A stretch of 64,000 nt of DNA, from positions 868,001 to 932,000 of the forward strand of contig CDROCS010001087.1 in the NCBI GenBank assembly GCA_977020255.1. The letters are read 5' to 3'. The stretch is from Obrimoposthia wandeli. Lineage: Eukaryota. The position numbers and the translations under genes are program-made. This document shows positions 25,390-39,189 of the stretch, piece after piece (positions within the stretch are counted from its first letter, which is position 1; each line of letters begins with the position of its first letter). The notes below the pieces were generated by a model. It saw only the letters and a program-made list of their open reading frames with translations, made no database searches and was not told the DNA's origin.

Positions 25390-26320
25390 AACCTAATAAT
25401 TGTACTAGTACAAATTTACAAAAGTCAGGTGAAATATTATTTCAATCTTCTCAAAATCCTTATCCTTGAGATATTTGTAATGTAGATTGTAAAATAGAAT
25501 TAGAACATGTTGCTGATGATGAAAATTTAACATTGGAAAATAATTTCTTTCCAAATCTATTTTCTGATAGGATATTAAAAATTGAATTTTTCAATTGAAT
25601 AAATTAAAGATCTTCGATAATTTTCATCAATGTTAAATCTTATATTAACTAATAAAGATCATAAAGATACACATAGTCAAACATCTTTATGGGTTCCTGA
25701 TAAAGAATATGCACAAACAATGAAGGATATCAATAAAGAAAAAACTATATTAAATTAGATAAATTTGAGGATACTATTCTTTAAAAAATAAGTTTGGAAT
25801 TTTACAAAATTACAATCTAATTATAAATAATGTTTTTATACAGTTAAAATGTGTTAGACAAATAAATAATGATCAAATATTTTTGATATTACAGGAACTG
25901 AAGGTAAACTAAAATTTATATACGTGGATGGACTTTAAAACCTACAATTGAATTAAAACTTTTAAATAGATGATCAACTAACAAACCTACCATAGTTTTT
26001 TTTATCGAAATAGAATATGTTCGACATATAATATTTGATCGTAACCAATAAATGTATTGGGTAGACTAGGTTCATTAGTATATAAACTTAGAAATATTTT
26101 GATGGAATTTAAAGATTAAAACGTTACATTTCAAAACAATAATGACTTATTTATGCAATATTCTTCAACAACTAATTCAGCAAATCCAGCAGTAACCACT
26201 AATCATTATTTTATATCTTTACATAGTCAACTAAATAACACACGATATCCTGTTAGTCCTATAAACTTTGATGATGGTGCAAATAATTAATTATTCCCAT
26301 GTCATCTATATATATCAAGT
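25390..26320 (+). pseudogene. Polinton-type major capsid pseudogene (longest copy)
   Basis: Adds N-terminal TNLQKSGEI..ENLTLENNFFPNLFSD to the segment shared with the other copies. Confidence 0.6.
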
Positions 26321-26607
26321 AGTAGCTATTCAATTAGGTATGTATGTTTTTGTTGCTGTGGTGATTGTTTTATGATTTTAGATAAAATAAGTTTACAAGT
26401 TTTTCTCTGAAATATTGATAAAGCATAACCAATAAAAGTCGATGTCCAAATTGGCTATCCAAGTTTAAGAAAGAGATAAAGTAGATCAGTAGATGAGTTC
26501 ATTCATTTCTTTAACGTTATTGTTTACCGATAGTATATATTTCGAGTACATTATTTATTAGTACATTATTTATTAATATAATTAAGCCTGAACTTCGGTC
26601 TTCTAAC

Positions 26608-27598
26608 ATGGCGACCACGCCAGGACACTTAAGTGCCTTTATTCCAAGTCCCAAGTTTTATGAAATGGGTGAAGACATAAAAGAATTTTTAATCGGAATA
26701 ACGCGATTTTTTGAAATTACCCAAAATCCAGAAAAATTACGAGCGACATTCATCAAGGCGTTCCTGTCAAATGAAGCCTACAATGAATACGAGAAGACGA
26801 GTGAAAAAGATGGCAAATGTGAAGAACGATGCAGAAAGAAACATTGTTCCAGTGTTTATCAGAAGCTATGAGTTACAAAAGAACTACAGAAAATGTTGAT
26901 GCATATTTAAAAAAAGTAGAGAATTTGACAAAGAAGATTATGGAGCATGATATTACTAAAGAAACTATCATTAAATGCATTTTGGATAACTCGATGAATT
27001 CAGATGCATTGAAAGAACTGAAGCTACGCAATGTTCAGGATTTGAAAGAAATAAAATAAATTATTTCTCGGATGGACACGATCAGAAAGAATTCGACGTC
27101 AACTGAAGAACTAGCTGATATGAAAATAAGAAGAAGTTATGCAAATGCAGCAGAAAAAAGACCACGTCAAGAATGGTTTGCCAGAGCACCTTATCAGCAG
27201 CGTTGTATGAATCAACAACATGATTACCGACACCAGAATAATGCAATGAAAAGAGACATCGGTCAATATCGGTTTGAGAAAAAATAATATGGAAATAGGA
27301 GAACGTACCCAAGAAATTCCGATTACAATTTGCAAATTACAAAACGATGTTGAGCTAGTAAAGAGCTGGGACATACGAGAGCAGAAAGCCATAATGTAAG
27401 TTGTTCCCATTGTAAGAAGAAAGGCCATTTCAAGCACCAATGCTACGAAGTTCGAGAAGATCACAGAAGCCGGATTCCAGTTGCTGTAGTTGAAGACTAC
27501 GATTCTGGAGATGACAGTGAAGAAGATGCTAGAAGAAGCGACCCAAACTTCAACTCTCCACTGTGCGAGGAGTTAGTCGGAGCGATAACAACAATGTA
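26608..27598 (+). pseudogene. gag: Gypsy gag
   Basis: Frameshifted ORF pieces with zinc knuckle CSHCKKKGHFKHQC (~27403-27444) preceded by a degenerate second knuckle. Confidence 0.8.
26609..26626 (+). promoter_or_regulatory. Primer-binding site, probably tRNA-Arg
   Basis: TGGCGACCACGCCAGGAC immediately follows CA; resembles the complement of a tRNA-Arg(UCG) 3' end (recalled TGGCGACCACGAAGGGAC). Confidence 0.6.
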
Positions 27599-27759
27599 AG
27601 TGTCATATTGAGCAATGAACGTTTTACTGATTCTAAATGTGTGAGTATTAGTGATTTTTTAGTGATACCTTAAATATTTGTGAATTTAAAAAATATGTTG
27701 ATGTTTTAAGTAATATAAATTTATTTGTAAATTCTTTAAACAATATTAGTTATGATGTT

Positions 27760-28735
27760 ATGAATGATCAACCTTCTATAAATATAATGATTCAAAACTT
27801 GAAATATCCCTGTCTATTAGACACAGGTGCTAAAATTATTGTAATTAACAGTAGTATTTTCCATAGGTTAGATAATATTAATTTAATAAAAAGTGACGTA
27901 ATAGTTAAATGCGCAAATGAAAGTGATATTCAAATTTTAGGATTTTGCTTTTTAGATATTTATTTTAATTCAAATTGTAAATTTATTAAATTTTACGTTG
28001 CAGAAAATATTGCATCTTCTGTTATTTGTGGTATTAATTTCCTAACAGAATTTAATATATTTTTAAATTTGAACCTTAAGGCTGAAGAAGAATTTGTAAA
28101 TGAAATATTTTTTGACGAAACTAAAATCAGATTCAACAATTATTAAAATTATACAGGAAAACAAGAATGCTTTTATGCAAAACGAATGGGATATAGGTAA
28201 AACAGATATAATAAAACATAATATAGTGACGAAAAGACCTCCGATTGTAATTAATTAAAGAAGACAACCACATAATTTAATAGATAAAATAAACGATAAT
28301 ATAAAATAAATGGAAACAAAGGTTATAATTGAAAAATGTGAATATCCGTGGAATTCACCTCTTGTATGCGTTAGGAAAAAGAATACTGATGATATAAGAA
28401 TTTGTTTGGATTACAGAGCATTAAATGCAATTGCTGAAAGTCCGATTTTCCCAATACCAAATACTGAAGAAATGATGGATGTGCTCGGAGGTGCGAAGTA
28501 TTTTACATCGCTAAACTTAGGTAGTGATATTATCAGATCAAATTATCCGAAAATTCAAAACTAAAAACTGCATTTTCTACCAAAACAACACAGTACTGTT
28601 TCACTAGAATGCCTTTTGGTATTGCAGCTGCTCCTGCTATGTTTCAAAAGTTAATGAATAAAGTTTTAGGAGAATAAACTGGAAAGAAGCCATTGTATAT
28701 ATAGATGACATATTAATATTTTCTGAGAGAAAAAA
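27760..28735 (+). pseudogene. pol: Gypsy pol: aspartic protease and reverse transcriptase
   Basis: LLDTGA; PWNSPLVCVRKK..RICLDYRALN; RMPFGIAAAPAMFQKLM; YIDDILIFS. Confidence 0.9.
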
Positions 28736-28769
28736 AGATATGTATAAAAGAAACCTTTCTGAGCCAGAC

Positions 28770-28935
28770 CCTTTCATCTATGGACGACCATAACCCCTTG
28801 GGTGTGTTGAGCGACCATAGACGGCCACGACTATACCTTTAAACCTTCATAACCTTTTTGAGCCAGACCCTTATGGTGTGTAAAGACACCCTTATGGTGT
28901 GACACCCCTATGGTGAGGCAACATATACCCTTTGA
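28770..28935. repeat. Short repeat, inverted partner at ~48235-48380; resembles Tigger subterminal sequence
   Basis: ctttctgagccagaccct, catctatggacga and ccttatggtgtgacaccc recur reversed at 48235-48380; aaggtttgaaggtatgg is also at ~33768-33785. Confidence 0.6.
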
Positions 28936-31900
28936 TATTATGTTTCATAAAACTTTTGTTTAAAAGCTTATTTGTATTTTAATTCCAGTTTCAAATCAAT
29001 ATTTAAATCATTCACAATAACGTTTTCATAATAAGCTAACACATTTAGGTTAGAAATATGCTATTTCGATAAAGAGAAGAAATAAAAGTTGTTTGAGCTA
29101 ATTTACTTTTATTTGTTATTTACATAAAATCATTGTACGGTTACTTTTATCAAAATCTCAATTGAAGATTAGCTATTTAAAATTGTTAAAAGAAAAAAAC
29201 TGTACACAATGCATGAAAAACTTAAGTTGAATTAAATATTGATATAATAATTTTAAATTTATAAAGAAATTGTGCCAATAAAAATAAAGATGTTAAAATG
29301 GCATTTTAGAAAACATTCCTAGTGAAATTCTAAAGTTTAAACAAACAATACTAACTTAGTTATATATAAAACAATTATATTTACTTTACGAGGATACAGC
29401 ATCAAAAATAAAATAGGGTTATTAGCACACAAAATAAAATAAAAAAACATTAAAATTAAGATAAAATTAATAGAGATTATTGTCAATGGTATACTATTTT
29501 CTTTTGTAAGTAATCTAAGTTTTAGAAATAATAATTGGTTGACGGATTGATATATTTCCAAAATACCTGAATTCCCAAATTAACAATTTTATACAATTTT
29601 GAAACTACCTGAAAATGTCTGAAAAAAATTATAAAACTAACTATATTAATAGATTTTTCGTACTGCTATCACTTTGTCATATGTGCTCGACCGTCAACCC
29701 ATGAAATGTACGCTTTTCATGTAAAACCGATAGTAATAATGCCGATATCTGTTCATTACGTAAGAGAATAAAATGGAATACATATACTCAAAATGGAATA
29801 CATATCTTTCCAAAATTACTTTAATAGTTAGCACCTATATCTTTCTTACATAAGTTTATTTTTATTAAATTGTTCATCTAATATTTATTCGACTTAAATT
29901 TACAATCTATCGAAATTTTATAAGTATTTCTACATTGAAGTTAATTTTGAGTCCCTTAACTCATTATAATAATGAAGATCCATAGTCAAGATTATATATT
30001 AAAACACTTTAAATTTAAAATTAAAAGAAATTTGAAGATAACATCGATTTATATGTAGACGATGATATCGAAGTTATGCAGCATGATATTAATGTTAAAT
30101 GAACAATATCAAGACCAATTTGAAATTCGGATTGAATTGATTATAACTGGGTGTAGATACTGATTACTGGGCGGAAACTCTTTGGTGGTCAAAACCACTT
30201 TACTTTTTTTGTCAGATTTATCTCTGACATTTCCAGCTACCTCCCTGACGAGGCCAAGGCAGGTCAAAACAGGTTTATCTCATCGAAGGTTGATTAAAAA
30301 ATACCTCCCTGATTGTGGGAATTTCAGTAATGTAAATTTAAATTGACATAATTAATTTAAAATTTTAATTTTTAAAATCCCAACATTAAAGAATAATAAT
30401 GTATGCAATAATCTTATAGGTGAACTTGAAGAAGATTCTGCTACTGACGATGAAGATGAAAATGCTGATTGAGACGAGATAAAAAAATTAGAACCGCGCA
30501 AAATATCAAAGTAAACATTGAAACGAAAATCCCTAGTTTCAATATTGACCTACATTAAATTGATTCAAAATAGACATTTAAATATTTGAAGATATAATCG
30601 AGTTGTCTTTTAATTATTCAACTTAAAGAAAGCATATGTTTAAACGTGAAAAAAAACTTATTTAAAATAGAAAATAAATCCTTTGGTTGTTTTATTTTTA
30701 TTAGGTAGATCTTACAGACGTCATTTTTAAAAACGGAGAGTAATATAGGAGCTTGAGAAAGGCGTGGCCATTAGTTTCAGGAGGTTTCTGCTGGGATATT
30801 GCAAACGTATATGCCTCTAACAGGATTGGCTGTGTCGCAAGTACAGTGATGAGGTGGAAGACACCAAAACCTCTTTCTCAGATATACAGCAAAAATGACT
30901 AAGAAGTTTGAGGATGATTTGTAGTCACTGGCTGGCATTTTCCTGAAGTCAGTACAGGTGTTCTCCGTTTGGAACTGGTTCAGAGGAAGCAAGGTTCAAC
31001 CCTTGCCTAAACAGCAACACTATCAAGGAATGAGGGTTTCCAGTCTTTTTGTCAGTAATTAAAATGAAATAAATTAAAGCCGTACAAAAACAAATCTAAA
31101 TGGTGAAATTTATACAAATTTAGCAAAATTAATGTATAGTAGGTTAATTATTTATGAAAGTGTGTTTAAACTAATTTTGTGTTATATAATTATTTTGAAT
31201 GGAATCTAAACTTGTAATAGTTTAGCATTGTGGCTTAATTAATAATATTTATTTGTTCATTATATCAAAAAAACTTCTAACTTGTAATTTATTTATTTTA
31301 ATTTCCTAACATTAATTATTTTATATTCTATTAAGGTTTAATTATAGCTGTCAGCTATTTGAAGCGAAATTTGATATATTAAAATTAATTTAAAAAAACG
31401 TATCATATGGCTTTAATTTAAAATTTTTGAAAGTCGACATAAATTTTAAAATATTTTACTAACATAACTATTTTTAGTCTAAAATATTTGAATCATTTAA
31501 ATATTGTTTTGAACCCGGAATTAAAATACAAATATGCATTTAAACAAAAGTTTTATGAAACATAATATCAAATAACCTTTATGCTAAATGATTGAAAATC
31601 TTAATATAACTTATCCAAATACTTTTTAATTCTTTTGAAATGTATAGTTTACCTTTAAAAATATTCATACATCAATTCAATACATTGCTCATAACACGAA
31701 AACGCTTACAAAGCCATTTCTAAAATTATTAAAAGATATATAAATATTTTAAGTTATGTAATCCAAAACCAAAAATATCCTAGTTAGAAGATTTTTTCAT
31801 ATACTGCTATGTATACCTGTATAAATATAAATTTTCTTCTAACACCTTCTTTTTGTTCAATGGAATTTGTCAAAATATTTACACTTATTCACTAAATAAA

Positions 31901-32023
31901 TAAAACATTTTTCTTGGTATGAATAAATTTAATACAAATTGGAGTGTATATCTGACTATTTATTGACAAACACAATAATTTTATTTTTATTGTTTAATTT
32001 TATTAAAAAACATGAAAATGATA

Positions 32024-32106
32024 TGCTAAAAGTGGGATTCAACCCCACGTGGTGATATCTGAAGTGAAACTTAAGTCCACTGACTAAACCATCGGGCTAT
32101 TCTAGA
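32024..32106 (-). pseudogene. tRNA-Leu(TAA) pseudogene, second copy
   Basis: Reverse complement reads tctagaatagcccgatggtttagtcagtggacttaagtttcacttcagatatcaccacgtggggttgaatcccacttttagca; more degenerate than copy 1. Confidence 0.6.
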
Positions 32107-32219
32107 TCCCACTGATCTGAAAAAAATGTAAACTTATATGACTTCTAAAATTTCATATCAGTCTCATCAAATGATCCTTTACACACTATAGTAGAGGATC
32201 ATCTTTTTTCAAATATATA

Positions 32220-33815
32220 CAGTAACACCCCGAACACTGTGGGTAATTCGTACCAGTATTGTCCCGTACTGTTCAGGACCACAATGTTTGATGCATTATA
32301 TTAAAGGGTTTAATAGTAATTCGTTCCGGACTGAATAAATATTGATACGTACATACGATAAAATATTTAAAAATTATTAAATGCATGTAAAACGAGCATT
32401 AACATAATGAAACAAGATTATAATTAAATATTTATTGAAACAAAAAGAATACTGAAAGGTTTTCATTGTTTAGAAAAATATTTAAGCAAATAAGTTTTAA
32501 CTGATTTTTTCTTCGTTTTTTGTGGCATACAGTTCTATGTAGCATGGAATACTTTTTTCAAGGGTGTTTCGCACTTGGATGCTGTGTTTGACATTTTCGT
32601 CTCCATTCATAATAATTTAAGAAGCTTCATCATAAAGTGAAAATAATTTGTCCATGTCAGCAGTGCTAAATTCTTTAATTTCAACTGGATCATCAATTGA
32701 TATTTTTCTTCCTCTTTTTCATATGCTCGTTGCTGATCAATTTCTACGAGATTTTCGTTATCGAGCTCACCAGAATGAGAGTCGATGCATTCACGCACAT
32801 TAGCATTGTCTACATTATTAAATCCAAGCTCTTTCCCTATCTGAACAATATTTTCTACAACTGTTTGAGCTTTAGTTTCAAAACCACCAAAATCATTTGC
32901 ACAGTGAGGCAAAAGCTTTTCCTATACAGCTCTCATGTTGCTAACAGTAACTTCACGCCATACTGAATCAATATTTTCAATTGCAATTCTGATATTATAG
33001 TTCTTCCAAAAATCAGTTAATGAAATGACATTTTCTCCTATCGTAACTTTAATTGCTTGAGAAAAAGCTTGTCTCATATAATAAGCCTTGAATGTTGCGA
33101 TCACTCCTTGGTCCATCAGCTGTAATAACAAAGTTGTGTTCGGCGGTAAAAATACAATTTTAAAATTGTTATTTAAATCACTAAATGCAGGTGTATGTCT
33201 TGGTGCGTTATCTAAAAACAAAATAATTTTAAATTAAATGTAATTTTCTTTACAATATCATTCAGTTACGGGACAAAAATAATTTGTGAACCAGTCTTCA
33301 AATAAATCTCTCGTAACTCACGTATTTCGATTCGATTTTATAAACGCCTGCAATTTTAGCCAATAATGCACCATCTTCATGACACTTTATAACATCTAGT
33401 TTATTTCTATTTGTTAGCCACTGTAGTTTGTTTGGGATTAACATTGTCTGTGCTTCCCTTTGTTTGTCTTGACATTTCATTAAAATATGTTTTAATAATA
33501 GTATTCTGTAATATTGAATCGGAAAAATATCAGATTTCTAATTTCAAAAATGGGAGTTTTAAGAATATTATATATAGATATTGAAATCAATATTGATATT
33601 TTTAAAGGATTAAATATAGTTTTATTCTATATTTTATTTATTCACTAATATTTTGCGAAACCGCACTATAGTGAAACCGTAGGTACTTTGATGAAGTCTA
33701 GACCACTTTTGGGGTGAATGTGTGTTAACCAGAAGTGATTGCATAATTATAACCTGATAAAGGTTATAAAGGTTTGAAGGTATGGTTTGGAACCGTACTG
33801 TTAGGGGTATTACTG
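32220..33815 (-). mobile_element. Tigger/pogo DNA transposon, internally deleted
   Basis: TIRs CAGTAACACCCCGAACA / TGTTAGGGGTATTACTG with TA target duplication. Transposase remnants KLDVIKCHEDG.. and FLDNAPRH..FLPPNTT..LMDQGVIATFKAYY at ~32600-33480. The empty site is at ~13250. Confidence 0.92.
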
Positions 33816-36622
33816 TATTAGATTTTTTTACTCAACTTAGACCGAATTTTAATTATGTTATTTAATTGAGATACTGCTCTATACCCTTTCAGATGTTAAT
33901 AATTCGAGGTATCAGGTTTATTCTGATTCGTATCTGAATCATAATTTATGTTAAAAACATTTGTTAAAACAATTGGACATGAATTCATTTCTTCTTTTTG
34001 CCTTTTCCCAAAAAAATGAATCACAAATATTCTTTTCGCAAAAAAATTTGACTACAAAACTTGGCATGTACTCTAAAAAACTACGTCAACCACTAAATAA
34101 TTTTTTAAGAATCTGAAATTCACAAACTGTTTATAATGCTAATTACAAACCACAATAATGTCTGACTATTATATAGCAAACACACAGCAAGCAGTCTAAC
34201 GTAACCTTTGAACAATAACGCTGTAAAAAACCAATACCTCAAACACGTGATCCAGCAAATCATGTTTTACGTAATCATTTGTATATTAAAGAACAAATAA
34301 TTAACAAATATCATAAAAAAGTATTAAATGAGAAATTAAACAAAATCTATTGGTATTATGACAGTGTTTGTGAATCACGTCTAATAAAAACTGTGAAATT
34401 TGTATTGTTTACCAGAATTTTACTGAAATATTTTACAAATAAATACAACTATGAGGTCATAAAATTTCTAATAATTAAAAATTATTTGAAATTTGATAGT
34501 TAAGCTATTTCTTTTGTAGACTTAAGCTTTCTACATACAATTTAAACGTATTTGAAATTTGATTGTAAATACATTATAATATGTATTGTTGTAGTGCTTT
34601 TTTAATGAACAAATATAACTTTTTATATGTAATTACAAACTAATGTTTTATTAAACTAATCTTTGGTGTAAATACACATATTTACTGAATAAATACTACT
34701 ATTTTTTAATTAAACATAAATTTGTTTAATTTAAAGTTATTTCTTAAAGTATTTACTTGATAAATACAACTCAGTGTCAGGACTCGAGTTTTCACTGACA
34801 ATTTTTTGATGTGAAATCGATCATATTAAAATTAATACAAAATAAAATCAGTTATCATATGAATATTATTTTATTAAATTTTATAAAGTTGACATATATT
34901 TAAAATATCTAATATACAAATGTAAGCATTGTTAATCAAAAATATTTGTATAATTGAAATATTTATTTTAAACAAAAATTGATATACAAATAAGCAAAGT
35001 TTTATTTTAAATAATTTTGAATATATTTTCATATAATATTAAATCTGTAATCTAACCTATAAAAATAAATAAAAATCATTCTGAACTAAATAGTTTACTT
35101 TTCCTGATATTCATACATAAATACAGTGTACTGTTCATAATATGTAAACACAATCAGAAGCCATTTCTAAAATTATTTAAATATGATTTTTTGAATCAAT
35201 TTAAGTTTAGATTTATAGACAATGTCTTATAGCTGACATAACATTATGTTTTCTTGAAAATTATTTTGACTTTTACTTCAGTTGTTATTAGAACTTAAAA
35301 TTAAACTCCATCTTCAATAAAATATATATTTTCGAACGTCACTATATTTTATTTAATTTTGTCTTTACAAAATTTTCTTTTAAAGCTATTAGACTTATTT
35401 TGCATTGATGTACTTAAATCGAATTGAATACGCATAGATCAACAAAATCGAGTAAAGTCTCGCACTTTGTCTGGAAAAGCCGAGGACCACACTGCAACAT
35501 ATGAAGACTTTTCAGATGCAACGAATCGATAACGATGACTACACCATTCCAACTCAATGTCCATGTTTTCTATCCAATTTATCTGCATTACCTATTTTGC
35601 TATCAACCCTTACACCCTGACTAGCATAGTGACTTTGGCTGTGCCATTGAGATGATTTGTATCTACAAGTTTCTTGCTTTCAGCACAATGGTAGTTCATC
35701 AGTTTTATAATCGTAATTGAATTGATGTACATTATTGATATATTTTAGTATGTGATACATGCTCAAAGGCAAAATCTTAGTCATAAAGAAATTTTTATAC
35801 TTCGTAAATATTTTTGTTGATACCTGCGAGCCTAAATCACCTGTACAATTGTCCGTGTTTTGATTGAAAGTTGATTGTATCTTCTGTTTCATCAATTTTG
35901 AGGGCTTCGCAAAATTCACAAGATTGCTGGGAATTTAATTATAAACGTTCTCCTCTAAATCTAACAGAAATGATACTGTCCTAATTTAAAATTCTATATA
36001 ATAAAAATTTAGAAAATATATTTTATTTGAGGTAAAATAAAGGATAAAGTCCACTTTGGAACGGAATATCTCCTTAAGGTTTCCGTTATATCAAATGCAA
36101 ATAGTTTTATTAGCTAGTATGGGACAAGTGTTTCTGAGCATTATATGTTCTAAATGTGTTTATTTATAAAGATATTTGTATTTGTATATCTAGATTATCT
36201 ATTTAATAATATGGTTTTAATTGAGACTAATCTTTTTTTTCAGTGAAACTCGAGTCCAACTCAGTGTTTGATAATCAAACATTTAAGAATAAACATTTAT
36301 CTTGCAATAAACTTATAAACTGAGATGGTTTTTCTTCATTGTCCCTATAAGAGAAACAACGACGTATTAATGTATTGCATTATGAAAATGTTTTAAAAAA
36401 ACTGATGTCATATGTAGAAGTTTTATTATTATTTTTTAATTATATAGGTTAATTAAAAAAATCCATTGGGTTAAATTATTTTTAAAAAAAACTTATGTTA
36501 ACGATTTTAATGCACAGTTAGAAAATCCGGTTTTATATCAGAAACACAAAATTTTAACACTGAACGTTTTTATTATAATTTACTTATATTAAATATTCTG
36601 TTTATAATTTTAGATTACACAA

Positions 36623-37696
36623 TTATAAGAGTTCCATCTTGGACCTGGTAGTGTCTCCAGGATTGGGGTGGCAACCTGCATACTCCACTAAAGCGATTTC
36701 TGGACTATGTGACAATCCCAGTGACTTGGGGACCCCCAAGAATCGCGTGACCCTCTTCTGGTAACCGGAGTCGTCTTCGCAAAGGTTGTAGTAGACACGC
36801 TGCAATGTCAGTACTTCGCGGGGCTGAATCTGGAATGGCTCGAATATGTGTGTGCCCTTCTGGTAAGCCCCAAATTTACCACCCCGACGCTGTATGGTGC
36901 GAATGTGGCTCATATTACTCATGTCGTAGTAGGTCTTCGCTGACGAAGACTTTTCCATGACCCAGTCGCCACATTCGTCCTTGAAGTTGTTCAACTTGCT
37001 TTTATTGTTAATATTTTGGTCAACAGTATCCTTGACGACATGGAAACAGTTTTCTTGAATTCCTTTTGGAATTTGCGATAAAGTAATCAAGTTTGTGTGG
37101 GACTTGTCACTCAGAAGTTTTATCATGAACCCCACTTTTAAAAATTGTTGTTCGTGCTTTTTACGTGGTTTTCTCGGTGGCTTCTTTATGGATCGACTTA
37201 CTTTATCAGATGTTATTGCAATATCTTGTTCTGCCACTGTGTTCTTTGGTATTCTTTCGATATACTCCACAACGGCAATGTTTGGAATTGGTAGCTGAAA
37301 ACAGGTTGGAACTATCTCTAGACGTGTCACTCTCTTGCATAATTGTGGTACTTTCTCCAGCTTGTAATAGGTTCGACACATTTGTATAATTTCATCCGGT
37401 TGTTCTTCAAGAGGAATGAAGCTGTGAACTTTGTTTTGTACTTTATGGATTCCATAGACACCGTTTATCAGATCCACGCTTTGGATACGATCTTTCTTAT
37501 CTATAATATATTGAGATGTCGTTGACGAAGTCTTTCTGCGGTCCCAAGTTCCACAATCATCCGGGAAGTTGCAAGTTTGTCCTGACGTCGAAGATGAACT
37601 TTTCACGTCATTTTTCATAACAAAAAATACAAATTCTTTCACACCATTTGGTATCTTCTCGTGAATATCCTTTATTTGTGTGAAAACATATTTCAA
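36623..37696 (-). pseudogene. Second copy of the tandem CG-1-like gene, 5'-deleted
   Basis: Lacks the first ~110 codons and the original ATG (track start is TTG). The frame is open to the same stop, with 21 amino-acid differences counted over ~350 aa. Confidence 0.7.
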
Positions 37697-38139
37697 ATTA
37701 TTTAATGGTTATCCAAATTAGGTTATCATGTATCAAAAAGAGATTATGAGATTATTTGCTAAACACGAATTTCGGAATGTGAAATGAATAAATTAAATGA
37801 ATACTAAAATACGTATATTTAAAATAAATTAAGTGTTATAGATAAATGAATGACACTCTATAAATAAATAAATCACACTCTCAATCCAAGAACAAATGAA
37901 TGAATTATATTAGATTTCCTCTTGAAATGTACTATCGGTAAACGTTAATAATAACGTTAAAGAAATAAATTAACTCTACTTTCTCTTTTTCTTAAACTTG
38001 GATAGCCAATTTGGACATCAACCTTTATTGGCTACGCTTCATCAATATTTCAGGAAAAAAAATTGTAGACTTCTTTTATTTAAAAACATAAAACAATCAC
38101 CACAGCAACAAAAATATACCCACCTAATTGAATATTTAC

Positions 38140-38790
38140 TTGATATATAGATGACATGGAAAGAATTGATTATTTGCACCTTCATCAAAGTTTATAGGAC
38201 TAACAGGATTTCGCGTGTTATTTAGTTGACTATGTAAAGATATAAAATAATGATTAGTGGTTACTGCTGGATTTGCTGAATTAGTTGTTGAAGAATATTG
38301 CATAAATAAGTCATTATTGTTTTGAAATGTAACGTTTTAATATTTAAATTCAATCAAAATATTTCTAGGTTTATATACTAATGAACCTAGTCTATCCAAT
38401 ACATTTATTGGTCACGATCAAATATTAAATGTTGAACATATTCTATTTCGATTGGTTTGTTAGTTAATAATCTTCAGTTAATAAGTTTCAATTTAATTAT
38501 ATGTTTTAAAGTCTGTGTAATTCTAAATGTATTAATTTTAGTTTACCTTCAGTTCCTGTAACATCAGAAATATTCGCTCATTATGTATTGATCTAACACA
38601 TGTTAGTATGAAAACATTATGTATATGTAGATTGTAATTTTGTAAAAATCCAAGCACATCCCTCAAATTTATCTAATTTATTATATACTTTATCTTTATT
38701 GTTATCCTCCATTAGTTATTGCATATTCTTTATCAGGCACCCATCTAGATGATTGACGATAGGTATCTTTATAATCTTTATCAGTTAATA
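38140..38790 (-). pseudogene. Polinton-type major capsid fragment
   Basis: Reverse complement of ~18270-18920 and ~25630-26320. Confidence 0.6.
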
Positions 38791-39189
38791 TAAGATAATA
38801 ATAATGTAATTAGACGTGCTGGCAGTAATTTAATGATTTCCTTGTAGTAAAAATATTAAACAAATAAATTATTTGTTCAACTGTATAAAAAATTGGTTGT
38901 ATAACTCAAATTTAGGCTATGGTGAATACGTCGAGAAAAGCTTTTGTTATTTACACTATAAAATTATGAAACTCTGATTTTAAAAATTGATAGCATCTGA
39001 ACCTGTATCGTTTGAATTCTAATTTGGGATTTTTAATTACATGCCTTCGTCTGGATGTAGACAACAAAATTGGTTGATAGTCAACCGTCTACAAATATAT
39101 CTCTGAATAGACATAACTTATTAAATGGATAATTCCTAAAAAACGGTTAATTAAATTTTCTCTGAAATTTCTCAAAGGTAATTTATGGA

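Larger units (their letters stand above)
26545..28740 (+). mobile_element. Decayed, 3'-truncated Gypsy/Ty3 LTR retrotransposon
   Basis: LTR stub ending ..TAACA, PBS, gag, protease and RT in Gypsy order. Confidence 0.9.
31960..37975 (-). repeat. Arm 2 of the inverted duplication, interrupted by Tigger and a ~34790-35620 insert
   Basis: Reverse complement of 9158-13520. Confidence 0.9.

Noticed and set aside
30234-30310. Hammerhead-like core CTGACGA-GGCC-aaggca-GGTC-AAAAC with a partial repeat tacctccctga
   Set aside because: Invariant G12 is A and stem I does not pair next to the putative cleavage site; at best a dead relic.
30770-31050. GC-richer island as an exon
   Set aside because: Frames checked contain stops and no family was recognised.
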